A stretch of DNA of 62,811 nucleotides, the filler included, from Nitrospinota bacterium (GTDB taxonomy: Bacteria; JAUXIQ01), in the NCBI GenBank assembly GCA_030620925.1. It is 11 parts of 11 records of this genome, joined end to end, with 100 filler letters (N's around TTAATTAATTAA, not from the genome) between each part and the next. Parts side by side here need not be neighbours in the genome. Positions count along the whole stretch, not along the records: positions 50,692 to 55,829 come from JAUXIQ010000177.1; positions 55,930 to 62,811 come from JAUXIQ010000106.1; 9 more parts are not named here. One strand, written 5' to 3'. The notes under the pieces are model-generated. The model saw nothing but the letters and a program-made list of their open reading frames with translations. It made no database searches and was not told the DNA's origin. How positions within the stretch are numbered: the stretch's first letter is position 1; each line of letters begins with the position of its first letter. Below are positions 50,692 through 61,007 of this stretch, one piece after another. The translations under genes were made by a program, and so were the position numbers.

Positions 50692-51726
50692 CACTCCCGC
50701 TTCAAGAAGCGGGATACCGAAACCCTCTTCAGTGCTGGGCATGAAAAGGATATCCGAAATGTTGTAAAGAGCGGCAACCATGCCGTCAGTGACTTGTAGA
50801 GGCAACGATGGGACACTCAAATCCTTGAACTCATAGAGGAATTTCACGTAATCCGCTATTCCCAGCTCCTCCACTTCGGTTTTAAGGAACTGAAAATAGT
50901 CCACATGGCCCGGCGAATGGGTTCCGGGGGGGCCGGTTACCACAAGGCAGGGCTCTTTCCCCATGTCAGCCAGGGTTCTCACCACACGAAGCGCCAGATC
51001 AATATTTTTCCTCTCCAGCACCCTGACCGGCATGAGTATGACCGGGAAGCACTCCAGAACCCCCAGCTCTTCCAACACCCGATAATCGTCTGAATTGATG
51101 CCCAGGAGGTCTGCCGGGGAGATGCCGTTGGGTATGGCCAATAGATCAACTTCTTCTCCTCTCCAGCGAGAAGCAATCTCGCCGGCCCGGGCAGAGGAGA
51201 CGGCCGCATACCTCACCCCCGGCACAGGGCGGCTGAGTCGGCTCCAGGGCTGGGTGTCGGGGCGCCGGCCATCGTTGAACTCTTCCCTGAGGAAGACGGC
51301 GTCATGAGTCCATGCAATAAATCCCACCCCCTCCAACATACCCGCCAGCTCGCAGAGGGCGGCGGTGAGTATTATATTTTTGTCCATGGTGAAGATATTA
51401 TGTACTATGCATACATGGCAGGAGGAAAGGGCCTGGCAGAGTTCATCCACCAGGCGAGTCTTAATTTCGTTAAGCGCCTCCCACGGCTCACCCCCCTCGA
51501 GGCTTTTCAATCCCCCGGCGACGCTCTCATGTTTGGGATCCATGGCGGGAATCAGTTCAACTTCCACACCGGGGTAAAAATCCCCTCCCCGCCCCACCAC
51601 CATTTTGACGCTGTAGCCCGCGTCGGCGAAGGCTTTTCCGTGCGCGGCCATGACATTCTGTACTCCTCCAACGGTGGGCGGACCGCTGTAGTGAACCATG
51701 GCGATATTGGGCCTTTTAACCGGCAT
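50692..51726 (-). CDS. GT4 glycosyltransferase (3'-truncated), MggA/MggS-like
   Basis: HYSGPPTVGGV, HN, WTHD, PVRVLERKNI, PSTEEGFGIPLLEAG. Confidence 0.9.
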
Positions 51727-52117
51727 TTTTCCCCTCTAAAAATCTATCCTCGTTCACAGACTTTCCCATTGAATATACAATAATATAGATAATTATCCCA
51801 CCTCTTGAATCGGATTATCCCCGGATTAATGATGAATAGATGGGCATTAATAATATTGTCAAAACAGATAAAAGTTATGGAAAGGATTTTACAGCAGATA
51901 CTACTTTGAAAGGAAGATTTTTGCTATCTTGTGAACCCTGAAAAAGTAAAAGTTCATAAGGACGCCCCGCCACTTGCGGGATTGCCGTCCGGTGTCAAAC
52001 GCGGGGCTGGAAACCCCGTCTATTAACAGGAAGTGCATACAGAAACGATAACTACCATACCCTTGCAGACTTTAATGATCAGTCTCCGATTTCGACCCGG
52101 TGATGAGGCCCGATATC

Positions 52118-52408
52118 TCAGAACAGCGCGTCAAGAAAATCTTTGGGGCGCAGCATCCTCCTTTTCCAGTTGCGGATATGCGGCACGAAATAGGGAACCA
52201 GGCGCAGGGAATAGTAAGGGGGTAGAATGGGAACGCCCAGCAAATCTCCTAAAGTTATGAGGATGAACAGGTGCTCCAGGCTGGCCCGTGATTTCATGGC
52301 CAGCCTGATTGTATCATGCGCGGCCATTCCATAAAGGAACTCTCGTACCATTTTCATTAAATTCGCCAGTCGCCCTTCTTTTTCTTCTTCTGCTCCCGGT
52401 TCTACCAT
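52118..52408 (-). CDS. Small conserved-looking hypothetical protein (resembles CstA/ArsA-associated small proteins)
   Basis: LFILITLGDLLGVPILPPYYSLRLVPY; AAGGGG SD. Confidence 0.7.
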   Translation of the reverse strand: MVEPGAEEEKEGRLANLMKMVREFLYGMAAHDTIRLAMKSRASLEHLFILITLGDLLGVPILPPYYSLRLVPYFVPHIRNWKRRMLRPKDFLDALF

Positions 52409-52645
52409 AATCTTTCCCCTTCAAGCTCTGGCTCGATTAAAATTAAGCAGCGATAGAACAGCCCTTTACCCACCGGCCCTACTTTAATCAGTGGTTATAC
52501 CTGGCCAGACCTATTACCTCCGCCACACGAGAAGACGCACCGATCACCTCGAAACGGTTACAACTTCATGGCAGGTCCCGATGGGGCGCCGGTGGTCGAT
52601 TAAAACCCGGCCGATAGGGGAAAAATCTTATATCCGAGGTTAATC

Positions 52646-53764
52646 CTAAAGTTTCGCCTGCTCCTTCTCCAGAGGATGGCAGCGGGTTTGCCCCCCTGTC
52701 GCCACTTCGGATAGACACATATTGCAGGAGATGCAATCAGCCCGTTTCGTATCCCCCTCTTTCCACCTCTTCACCAGGTCCGGCTCCCTGATGAGGGGGC
52801 GGCTCAAGGCCACGAAATCGGCCTTACCTTCTTCAAGTACGCGCTCGACTACCGCGGGGCTCTTGAAACCGCCCACGGCGATGACCTTCGCCCTGTCGCC
52901 GACCAGCTTTTTGACCTCCTCGGCGTATGGTAAATAGTAGCCCTCGTCTTCTTCGGTCTTGATCCCCGTCCAGGCGGAGCGTTTGCTCCCCTCCACTATC
53001 CCACCGCTCATCTCGATTGCGTCTATGCCTTCCTCGGCCAGACGCAGCGCTATGAGCTTTGATTCATCGATGGTTATGCCTCCATCGATGTAGTCGGCGG
53101 AGTTCATCTTGATCATGACAGGGTAGTCGGGGCCCACCGCCTCCCTCACCTTTCTGTAGGCTTCCAGCACCATCCGCATCCTGTTCTCCGGGCTGCCCCC
53201 GTATTCATCCGTCCTGCGGTTGGAGAAGCCTGAATTGAAGGCGCTCAACAGGTACCCGTGGGCGGAATGGATCTGCACGGCGTCGAAACCCGCTTCTTTG
53301 GCCCTGCGCGCCGCTTCGCCGAAGCAGTCTATTACCCGGTGGATATCCTCCACGGTCATTTCCCGCGGGGTAATCCCGGTGGGGGCGAAGGTGACAAGAG
53401 AAGGCCCAATGGGAAGCTGTCCGTTCAGAAGGTCGGGGTGCGACTGCCGGCCGCAGTGGACTATCTGTGCGCAGACTTTGGCCCCTCCGGCGTGCACCCT
53501 GTCCACCATCTTTTTAACTGCGGACACCGTCTCATCGATGGCCAAGCTGGCCTGGCCTGCCGCCCCTCTCCCGTCGGGGGAAACGTAAAAGAACCCGGGC
53601 ACCACCAGGCCCACCTCGCCCATGGCAAGGTCTTCGTTCATCCTCATCAACGGCTCTGTGGGAAGCCCGATTTCATCCGCCATCCCCTCGTAGGTGGCGG
53701 AACGGACTATGCGGTTTTTCACCTCCATGCTGTTAATATTCATAGGTTCGAAAATGATGGACAT
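52646..53764 (-). CDS. NADH:flavin oxidoreductase (OYE family) with a C-terminal Fe-S motif
   Basis: KNRIVRSAT, QIVHCGR, QIHSAHGYLL, NRRTDEYGGS, SRPLIREP, CISCNMC...C. Confidence 0.95.
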   Translation of the reverse strand: MSIIFEPMNINSMEVKNRIVRSATYEGMADEIGLPTEPLMRMNEDLAMGEVGLVVPGFFYVSPDGRGAAGQASLAIDETVSAVKKMVDRVHAGGAKVCAQIVHCGRQSHPDLLNGQLPIGPSLVTFAPTGITPREMTVEDIHRVIDCFGEAARRAKEAGFDAVQIHSAHGYLLSAFNSGFSNRRTDEYGGSPENRMRMVLEAYRKVREAVGPDYPVMIKMNSADYIDGGITIDESKLIALRLAEEGIDAIEMSGGIVEGSKRSAWTGIKTEEDEGYYLPYAEEVKKLVGDRAKVIAVGGFKSPAVVERVLEEGKADFVALSRPLIREPDLVKRWKEGDTKRADCISCNMCLSEVATGGQTRCHPLEKEQAKL

Positions 53765-54020
53765 GACAATGCTCCTCTGTCAGTGCTTTACGCAAAATTC
53801 CCCCGGAAGGGGGTTTTGGGGTCCCGCCTGCGGCGGGATTCAGAAGGGTTCCCCCCAATATTGAATAAGCTGACCCGAATTTTATATCACGTTTGCAAAC
53901 CTATTCCAATATCGATCGGCGGTCGAAACAGAAACATATCTCTTGATAACAGTATGCTTATTCTGTTAATTTGAGGGCCACAAAAAAGTCTTTTTCGGCT
54001 TTTACGAGGGGGAGGAGAAT

Positions 54021-55565
54021 ATGCTGCTGAATGATGTGATAGATATGAACGCCAGGCGCTATCCGGACAAGGAGGCGGTCTGCTCTGAAGGAACGCGGCT
54101 CACCTTCGCACAATTCAGAGACCGCGTCTACAAGACCGCCAACGCACTCCGCTCAATGCTCCAGCCCGGAGACAGGGTCGCCATCCTGGGGGAAAACTGC
54201 CATCAGTACGTGGAGCTCTACTTCGCAGTGCCCACCGCAGGGATGGTGTTTGTGCCGCTGAACTACAGGCTCGTGGAGCGGGAGATAGCCTACGTCCTCA
54301 ACGACTCAGGGGCGCGCATGTTCATCGTACTGGACGACTACGCAGACCGCGTGGAAGGCCTGCTCGGCGAAATTCCTGATGTCGAGCACTTCCTGTGCAT
54401 CGGGAAAACATTTCAGGGCATGCAGGATTACGAGGAGCTGATCGCAGGCTCCCCCGCTCATAAACCTGAGATCACAGGGACCGAAGACGACGTGGCCTGG
54501 TTCATCTACACCAGCGGCACCACCGGCTTCCCCAAGGGGGCCATGCTCACCCACAAAAACGTCACCAGTAAATTCATCAACCTCTTGCTCAACGGCAACA
54601 CCGCGTCCGACGAAATATCCCTGTTCAACTTCCCTCTTTTCCACATTGCGGGCAGCGTGGCTCTATCACAGCTATACGCCGGGAGCACCGTCCACCTGAT
54701 CAAAAAATTCGAACCCGAACAGGTCCTGAGCATGATAGAGAAGGAAAAGATAACCAGCACCGGATTCGCCCCCACCATGTTCAATTTCCTGCTCCGCCAC
54801 CCGGCCATCGATAAATACTATACCGAATCCGTCAAAAGAATAAGCTACGGCGCGTCGTCAATGCCGGTGGAGCTGCTGCGTGAGGGTATAGCTCGGTTCG
54901 GAAACGTTTTCTCACAGCTCTACGGCCTCACGGAGAGCACCGGCACAGTCACCTCCCTGAAACCGGAGGAGCACGTCACCGACGGGCCGGAAAAAATCGT
55001 CCGCCGCCTCGCCTCATGCGGGAAAGAGCTTATGAACGTCCACGCAAGGGTGGTCAACTCCGAGGGGGACGACGTCCAGCCGGAAGGGGAGATGGGAGAG
55101 ATCATTCTGCGGGGCGACAACATCATGAAAGGCTACTGGAACAAGCCGGAAGCCACCGCCGAGACCATCGTGGACGGCTGGTTGTATACCGGGGATATGG
55201 CCTGGGTGGACGATGAGGGCTACATGTTCATCACCGACCGGCAGAAGGACATGATAATAAGCGGTGCGGAAAACATCTACCCCAGGGAGATAGAGGAGGT
55301 CATATACCAGCACCCGGCGGTGATGGAGGTGTCGGTCATCGGTTACCCCGACGATACGTGGGGCGAATCGGTGCTGGCGGTCATCAAGCTCAAAGATGGC
55401 GGCAGCGCCACCGAAGAAGAGATAATAGAGCTGTGCAGGGTCAACCTTGCCAGCTACAAAAAACCTCGCAGCGTGCTGTTCCTGGACGAGGAGCTGCCCA
55501 AGAACCCCAGCGGTAAAATCCTTAAAAAAGTGCTGCGGGAGAAATACGGAAAACCCTCGGTCTAA
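54021..55565 (+). CDS. Long-chain acyl-CoA ligase
   Basis: YTSGTTGFPKG, YGLTE, YTGD, DRQKD, PKNPSGK. Confidence 0.95.
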   Translation: MLLNDVIDMNARRYPDKEAVCSEGTRLTFAQFRDRVYKTANALRSMLQPGDRVAILGENCHQYVELYFAVPTAGMVFVPLNYRLVEREIAYVLNDSGARMFIVLDDYADRVEGLLGEIPDVEHFLCIGKTFQGMQDYEELIAGSPAHKPEITGTEDDVAWFIYTSGTTGFPKGAMLTHKNVTSKFINLLLNGNTASDEISLFNFPLFHIAGSVALSQLYAGSTVHLIKKFEPEQVLSMIEKEKITSTGFAPTMFNFLLRHPAIDKYYTESVKRISYGASSMPVELLREGIARFGNVFSQLYGLTESTGTVTSLKPEEHVTDGPEKIVRRLASCGKELMNVHARVVNSEGDDVQPEGEMGEIILRGDNIMKGYWNKPEATAETIVDGWLYTGDMAWVDDEGYMFITDRQKDMIISGAENIYPREIEEVIYQHPAVMEVSVIGYPDDTWGESVLAVIKLKDGGSATEEEIIELCRVNLASYKKPRSVLFLDEELPKNPSGKILKKVLREKYGKPSV

Positions 55566-55599
55566 AAACATTGAAAGGGTGGTTAGGAGGGATCAACTC

Positions 55600-55829
55600 A
55601 TGAAAGAGAAATTTTCTTATTTGGGAAAGCGCCTGCCGGTGCTGGACATCAAAGAGAAAGTTACCGGCGCCACTCAATACGCCGCCGATATCAAAATGCC
55701 CGGCATGCTGCACGGCAAAATTTTACACTGCCCCCATCCCCACGCCGAAATAGTGCGTGTCGACACTTCGAAGGCCGAAAAGCTGCTGGGAGGGAAAAAA
55801 TACGTGGCCACCGCCGAGGACGCACCGCA
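55600..55829 (+). CDS. Xanthine dehydrogenase-family Mo-binding subunit N-terminus (3'-truncated)
   Basis: KVTGATQYAADIKMPGMLHGKIL..PHPHAEI..VDTSKA. Confidence 0.9.
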
Positions 55830-55930
55830 NNNNNNNNNNNNNNNNNNNNNNNNNNNNNNNNNNNNNNNNNNNNTTAATTAATTAANNNNNNNNNNNNNNN
55901 NNNNNNNNNNNNNNNNNNNNNNNNNNNNNC

Positions 55931-56062
55931 AAAGAAGGGGGAAGCGGTCTGGGCCTGGCGGTATCCATGAACATCGTTGAGCAGCACGGGGGACGCATAA
56001 AACTGGAAAGCCGGCCCGGGGAAGGGACGGTGGTCAAGGTGTTTCTACCCCTTGGTAAATGA
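55931..56062 (+). CDS. Histidine kinase C-terminus (NtrB-like; 5'-truncated; not in the ORF track)
   Basis: [36 protein letters not shown]. Confidence 0.9.
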   Translation, partial: KEGGSGLGLAVSMNIVEQHGGRIKLESRPGEGTVVKVFLPLGK

Positions 56063-56091
56063 AGAGCAATAAGCGGGGATGAATAGGATAA

Positions 56092-57522
56092 ATGTCCGGA
56101 GAGCCCATTCTGATAGCCGATGATGAAGAGAGCATAAGGCTGGTCCTCGAGCGGGGCCTGGAGAAGAGAGGGTATCAGGTGTACACCGCTTCCGATGGAA
56201 ATGAGGCCCTGGCCAAAGGGCTGGAAAGAAACTATGCCCTGATCCTACTCGATATAAAGATGCCCGGGCTGAGCGGTCTGGAGGTGCTGGAAAAGATCAA
56301 AGAGCAGCGCCCGCGGGCCCTGGTGGTGATCATCACCGCCCAGAATTCCATGAACAACGCCATCAGCGCCATGAAGAAAGGCGCATACGATTACATCGTA
56401 AAACCGTTCGACATGGAGCAGATATACCTGGTTGTCGAGAAGTCGCTCCACGAGAGGTCCATCCAGAGGAAGCTTGCGGCCTATATGACCGACGCCGAGC
56501 AGCCGAAGGAGGAGATAATAGGGAAAAGTCCGGCTATGCAGGAAGTGTTCCTGAGTATAGGGAAGGTGGCCGACAGCGATACCACCGTCCTTATACTTGG
56601 CGAAAGCGGCACAGGCAAAGAGATGGTGGCGAGGACCATCCATCGGAACAGCCACCGCGCCGGCAACCCCTTCGTGGCCGTTAACTGCGCCGCCATACCC
56701 AGGGACCTGCTGGAGAGCGAGCTTTTCGGACATGAGAAGGGCGCCTTCACCGGCGCAGACTCCGCCAAAACGGGAAAATTCGAGCTGGCGGAGGGAGGCA
56801 CCATTTTCCTCGATGAGGTGGGAGATCTCGACCTCTCCCTGCAGACCAAGGTGCTCAGGGTGCTCCAGGAAAGAGAGATCGACAGGGTGGGCGGCCGATA
56901 CCCCATCAAGGTGGATGTGAGGGTTGTCGCGGCCACCGACCGCGACCTGGAGCAGGCCATGAGCGAGAAAAAATTCCGCGAGGGGTTATATTACAGGCTG
57001 AACGTTGTGCAGATAAAACTGCCCGCCCTGAGGGAGCGAGTGGAAGACATTCCGCCCTTGGCCGATTTCTTCCTCAACAAGTTCAACGAGGAATTGGGTA
57101 GCGGGCCAAAGTATCTCACCAACGAAGCAATGGACATTCTGATGGAATACCATTGGCCGGGTAACGTTCGGGAATTGGAGAACATGGTGAAACGCTCCAT
57201 AATTCTCTCCACGGGGGAAAGCATCACCACCGAACACTTCCGTTCTTTCATCGGAGAGGGACAACCGGGCCGCGAAGGGGAGTTTTCCATAGACGGGATG
57301 CTGGAAGAGAAACTAAGCTATTTTATATCAAAAATGTGCCGTGCCGGTCAGGGCAATCTCTATCAAATGGTGATGGAGCACATGGAGAAACCTCTCCTGG
57401 AGGGGGTATTGGCTGAGTGCAAGGGGAATCAACTGAAGGCGTCCAAAATATTGGGCATTAACCGCAACACCTTGCGGAAGAAGATAATGTCTCTGGGTAT
57501 AGAAGTACGTAAGGAATATTAA
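56092..57522 (+). CDS. ntrC: Sigma54 enhancer-binding response regulator (NtrC-like)
   Basis: REC domain, GESGTGKE, GAFTGA, FLDEV, WPGNVRELEN, GNQLKASKILGINRNTLRKK. Confidence 0.88.
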   Translation: MSGEPILIADDEESIRLVLERGLEKRGYQVYTASDGNEALAKGLERNYALILLDIKMPGLSGLEVLEKIKEQRPRALVVIITAQNSMNNAISAMKKGAYDYIVKPFDMEQIYLVVEKSLHERSIQRKLAAYMTDAEQPKEEIIGKSPAMQEVFLSIGKVADSDTTVLILGESGTGKEMVARTIHRNSHRAGNPFVAVNCAAIPRDLLESELFGHEKGAFTGADSAKTGKFELAEGGTIFLDEVGDLDLSLQTKVLRVLQEREIDRVGGRYPIKVDVRVVAATDRDLEQAMSEKKFREGLYYRLNVVQIKLPALRERVEDIPPLADFFLNKFNEELGSGPKYLTNEAMDILMEYHWPGNVRELENMVKRSIILSTGESITTEHFRSFIGEGQPGREGEFSIDGMLEEKLSYFISKMCRAGQGNLYQMVMEHMEKPLLEGVLAECKGNQLKASKILGINRNTLRKKIMSLGIEVRKEY

Positions 57523-57525
57523 GTG

Positions 57526-59934
57526 ATGGTGAAGGGTCTCTGGGCGAAACTTGATAAAGGGGTGCTGATTTTCGACGGCGCCATGGGGAGCATGCTGCAG
57601 AGCAGGGTGAGCGGGCCCGGGGTCTGCCTCGAGGAGCTGAATCTCACGGAGCCCGGGATGCTGCGCGATATTCACCGGGCTTACGTAGACCAGGGGGTGG
57701 ACGTAATAGAGACCAATACCCTGGGCGGGAACAGAATAAAACTGGGTGAGCAGGGTCTGGGCCGCAAGGCCGAGGAGATTAACGGACAGGCGGTGAAAAT
57801 CGCCAGGGAAGCCGCTTCGGACAGGTGCCTGGTCGCGCTGTCGGTGGGGTCCACAGGGAAGTTCCTGGAACCCGTGGGGACCCTCACTTTTGATGAAGCA
57901 ACCGATATTTTCAGGGAGCAGATAGGGGCCGCCGCCAGAGAGGGGATCGACCTGGTGGTGGTGGAGACCATCTCCGATCTCAAGGAGATGAGGGCGGCCG
58001 TAGTGGCGGCCAGAGAGGTAACTTCCGTTCCCATCATGGCCACCATGACTTTTCAGGAGGATGGTCGCACACTTTTGGGAACCAGCCCCGAGGCGGCGGC
58101 GGTCTGCCTGGAGTCGCTGGGGGTGGATATAATCGGGGCCAACTGCGGCACCGGCCCTGAGTCCATGCAGCAGGTGTTGAGGGAACTGAGGCGCTCTACA
58201 AGCACCCCGGTGGTGGTGCAACCCAACGCCGGGATACCCAGGCTGGAAGGGGAGCGAACCGTTTTTCCCATGTCACCCGACGAAATGGCCTCCTTCTACG
58301 TTGGATTTGTAAGAGAGGGAGCGAACGCCATCGGCGGCTGCTGCGGGACCACGCCACAGCACATGCGAGCCGCCATAAAGGCCGTCGAAGGTTTGAAGCC
58401 GACGACGGTTGAGCCTGTTAAAGCGGGCACTGCCGTCTCCAGCCGCAGCAGGGTGGTGAAATTGGGGTCGGGTTTTCCACTGGTTGTAATCGGGGAAAGA
58501 ATAAACCCCACGGGCCGGAAAAAGCTGTCCGGCGAGTTGGTGGAGGGTAAGCTGGACGAGGTCTTAAAAGAGGCCCGGGAACAAGTCGAGGCGGGGGCGG
58601 ACCTTCTGGATGTGAACGTGGGGGCACCCGGCGCTGACGAGGCAGGCCTCATGGCCGGGGCGGTGCTCGCAGTGCAGCGCAGCGTGGCGGCCCCTCTGGT
58701 GCTGGATTCGGCCGATCCTGATGTTCTGGAAGCCGGTCTCAGGGCGGCGGACGGGAAAGTCCTCATCAACTCGGTTAACGGCGAACAAGAAATAATGGAT
58801 AAAATCCTTCCCCTGGCGGTAAAGTATGGTGCGGCGGTTATCGGCCTCACCCTCGACAACAGGGGGATACCGCAGAAAGCGGGCGATCGGTTGAAAATTG
58901 CCGAGAGGATTCTGGACAGTGCGCTGGGCCATGGTCTGTCCGGGAACGACCTGGTCATAGACCCCCTGACCCTATCTGTGAGCACCGATCAGGAATTGGC
59001 CCTGGAGACATTGAGCGCCATAGAGCTAATCAAGCGGAAATTGGGCCTTGCCGTGACGCTGGGAGTAAGCAATATTTCTTTTGGGCTTCCCGAAAGGGGC
59101 CTCCTCAATTCGGCATTCCTGGCCATGGCCGTTGCTGCCGGACTGGACGGCGCCATCATGAACCCTAAATATAGGCGGATGTCGGAAACCTTCCACGCTT
59201 CGGCGGTGATCAAGGGGCGAGACGAAAAAGCGCTGCGATACATCAAGCTCTATGGCGGGCAGCAGGAAGAGGTGAGGCCCGGGGAGAGCCCGGCACAAAC
59301 GACTCCTGCCGACAGGCTGTTCAGAGCGGTTTTTGAGGGCCACAAGGAAAGCATTCTCTCTCTCGTGGAAGAGTCTTTTCAGCAGGGTATGGACCCCCTC
59401 GAGATGAGCAACTCAATCCTCATCCCCGCCCTGGAAAAAGTAGGCCGGCGGTTCGAGAGCAAGGACTTTTTTCTCCCCCAGGTGATGTTATCCGCGGAAG
59501 CGGCCAAGATCGCTTTCGGGCGCATCAAAGAAGCCCTGAAGGGGAGGGAGACAGTATCCAGGGGGAAGATCATCATGGCCACCGTGCAGGGTGACATCCA
59601 TGACATCGGTAAAAATATCGTTACCATGCTCCTCGAGAACCACGGTTTCGAGGTGCTGGACCTGGGAATCAACGTATCCCCGGAGAGGATAGCCGAGGTG
59701 GCCGTGGCCGATAAGGTGGATTCAATCGGCCTGAGTGCCCTCATGACAACCACCATGCTGGAAATGGGTAAAACGGTCGAGCATCTCAGGGAAACGGGTA
59801 TTACCTGTCCTGTAATGGTGGGGGGAGCGGCGGTGACAGCCGAGTTTGCCGCTGAAATAGGCGCAAACGCATACGGTAAAAATGCCGTGGAAGCGGTGAA
59901 CATCGCCAAGAAGCTTATTGACCGGAAGAAGTGA
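57526..59934 (+). CDS. metH: Cobalamin-dependent methionine synthase without the SAM-reactivation domain
   Basis: DGAMGS, GANC, GGCCGTTP; IGERINPTG pterin domain; GDIHDIGKNIV, LSALMTTT. Confidence 0.92.
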   Translation: MVKGLWAKLDKGVLIFDGAMGSMLQSRVSGPGVCLEELNLTEPGMLRDIHRAYVDQGVDVIETNTLGGNRIKLGEQGLGRKAEEINGQAVKIAREAASDRCLVALSVGSTGKFLEPVGTLTFDEATDIFREQIGAAAREGIDLVVVETISDLKEMRAAVVAAREVTSVPIMATMTFQEDGRTLLGTSPEAAAVCLESLGVDIIGANCGTGPESMQQVLRELRRSTSTPVVVQPNAGIPRLEGERTVFPMSPDEMASFYVGFVREGANAIGGCCGTTPQHMRAAIKAVEGLKPTTVEPVKAGTAVSSRSRVVKLGSGFPLVVIGERINPTGRKKLSGELVEGKLDEVLKEAREQVEAGADLLDVNVGAPGADEAGLMAGAVLAVQRSVAAPLVLDSADPDVLEAGLRAADGKVLINSVNGEQEIMDKILPLAVKYGAAVIGLTLDNRGIPQKAGDRLKIAERILDSALGHGLSGNDLVIDPLTLSVSTDQELALETLSAIELIKRKLGLAVTLGVSNISFGLPERGLLNSAFLAMAVAAGLDGAIMNPKYRRMSETFHASAVIKGRDEKALRYIKLYGGQQEEVRPGESPAQTTPADRLFRAVFEGHKESILSLVEESFQQGMDPLEMSNSILIPALEKVGRRFESKDFFLPQVMLSAEAAKIAFGRIKEALKGRETVSRGKIIMATVQGDIHDIGKNIVTMLLENHGFEVLDLGINVSPERIAEVAVADKVDSIGLSALMTTTMLEMGKTVEHLRETGITCPVMVGGAAVTAEFAAEIGANAYGKNAVEAVNIAKKLIDRKK

Positions 59935-59944
59935 GAGAAGGGTA

Positions 59945-60967
59945 ATGGGAAAAGAGACCGCCGCCGTAATACTGGCTGCAGGCAAGGGAGTCAGGATGGT
60001 TTCCAGGAAGGCGAAAGCCCTCCACCCCTTGTGCGGGATGCCCTTGCTGGGCCATCTGTTGCGAACGGTGAGCCGATGTGAGCCGGGCAGAACACTGGTG
60101 GTGGTGGGATACCAGGCGGATGAGGTCCGGGCGGCCTTCTCGGATTGGGAGGTGGAGTTCGTCCTCCAGGAGGAACAACGGGGCACCGGACACGCCCTCA
60201 TGCAGGTGGAGAGATACCTGGCGGACCACGGGGGTGAAATTATGGTCCTGCCGGTAGACACGCCCCTGCTGAAGCCATACACGCTTCAGGGCCTTATGAG
60301 AGAGCACAGGGAAAAAGGGGCGGCGGCAAGCGTTTTGACTTCCTTCCGCTCTGATCCTTCAGGGTATGGGAGGGTGATCCGCAGGCAGGACGGGTCGGTG
60401 GAGAAGATAGTGGAGGATAAGGACGCCACCGCTGAGCAGGCGGCGGTCAAAGAGATAAACGCCGGAGTTTATTGCTTCGCGTCGTCAGTCCTATTCAGTG
60501 CCCTGAAGGAAATTAAGGACGATAACGTTCAGAAGGAACTATATCTTACCGATGTAATAGAAGAGGCGACTAAACGGTCTGAGAAGGTGGTGGCTCTGGA
60601 AGCTGATGCCGAAGAGGTTCTGGGGATTAACGACAGGGTGGAGCTGGCTCGGGCCGAAAAGGTTCTGCGAGAGGAGATTAACCGCAGTTGGATGCTCCGG
60701 GGTGTCACGCTGATTGATCCTGAAACAACTTATATCGATTGTGAGGCGCAGATAGGGGAGGATACCGTGATTCACCCCGGCTGCCACATAGGGGGGACCA
60801 CCGTCCTGGGTAAGGGGTGCACGGTCATGCCGGGGGCAGTGGTCACGGACAGCCGGGTGGGGCAGGGGGCGCGCCTGGGGCCCTATTGCATTGTCCATGG
60901 CATCTGTCTCCCGTATGGGGGCGAGGTGGGGGCGTTTGAGACGAAGAAAAATGCTCTCCAGCCATGA
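59945..60967 (+). CDS. glmU: Bacterial-type GlmU: uridyltransferase domain plus a truncated left-handed beta-helix
   Basis: LAAGKGVRM..K.K.LH, QEEQRGTGHA, GYGRVIR, IVEDKDA, EINAGVY, DNVQKELYLTD, GINDR. Confidence 0.85.
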   Translation: MGKETAAVILAAGKGVRMVSRKAKALHPLCGMPLLGHLLRTVSRCEPGRTLVVVGYQADEVRAAFSDWEVEFVLQEEQRGTGHALMQVERYLADHGGEIMVLPVDTPLLKPYTLQGLMREHREKGAAASVLTSFRSDPSGYGRVIRRQDGSVEKIVEDKDATAEQAAVKEINAGVYCFASSVLFSALKEIKDDNVQKELYLTDVIEEATKRSEKVVALEADAEEVLGINDRVELARAEKVLREEINRSWMLRGVTLIDPETTYIDCEAQIGEDTVIHPGCHIGGTTVLGKGCTVMPGAVVTDSRVGQGARLGPYCIVHGICLPYGGEVGAFETKKNALQP

Positions 60968-61007
60968 ATCTGTGCCTATAATATAGATGTAAAAGGATGG
61001 TGGAAAG

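Noticed and set aside
50692-51012. Near-identical GT segments as a diversity-generating retroelement TR/VR pair
   Set aside because: Differences are mostly C/T and synonymous, not adenine-specific, and no reverse transcriptase is present.
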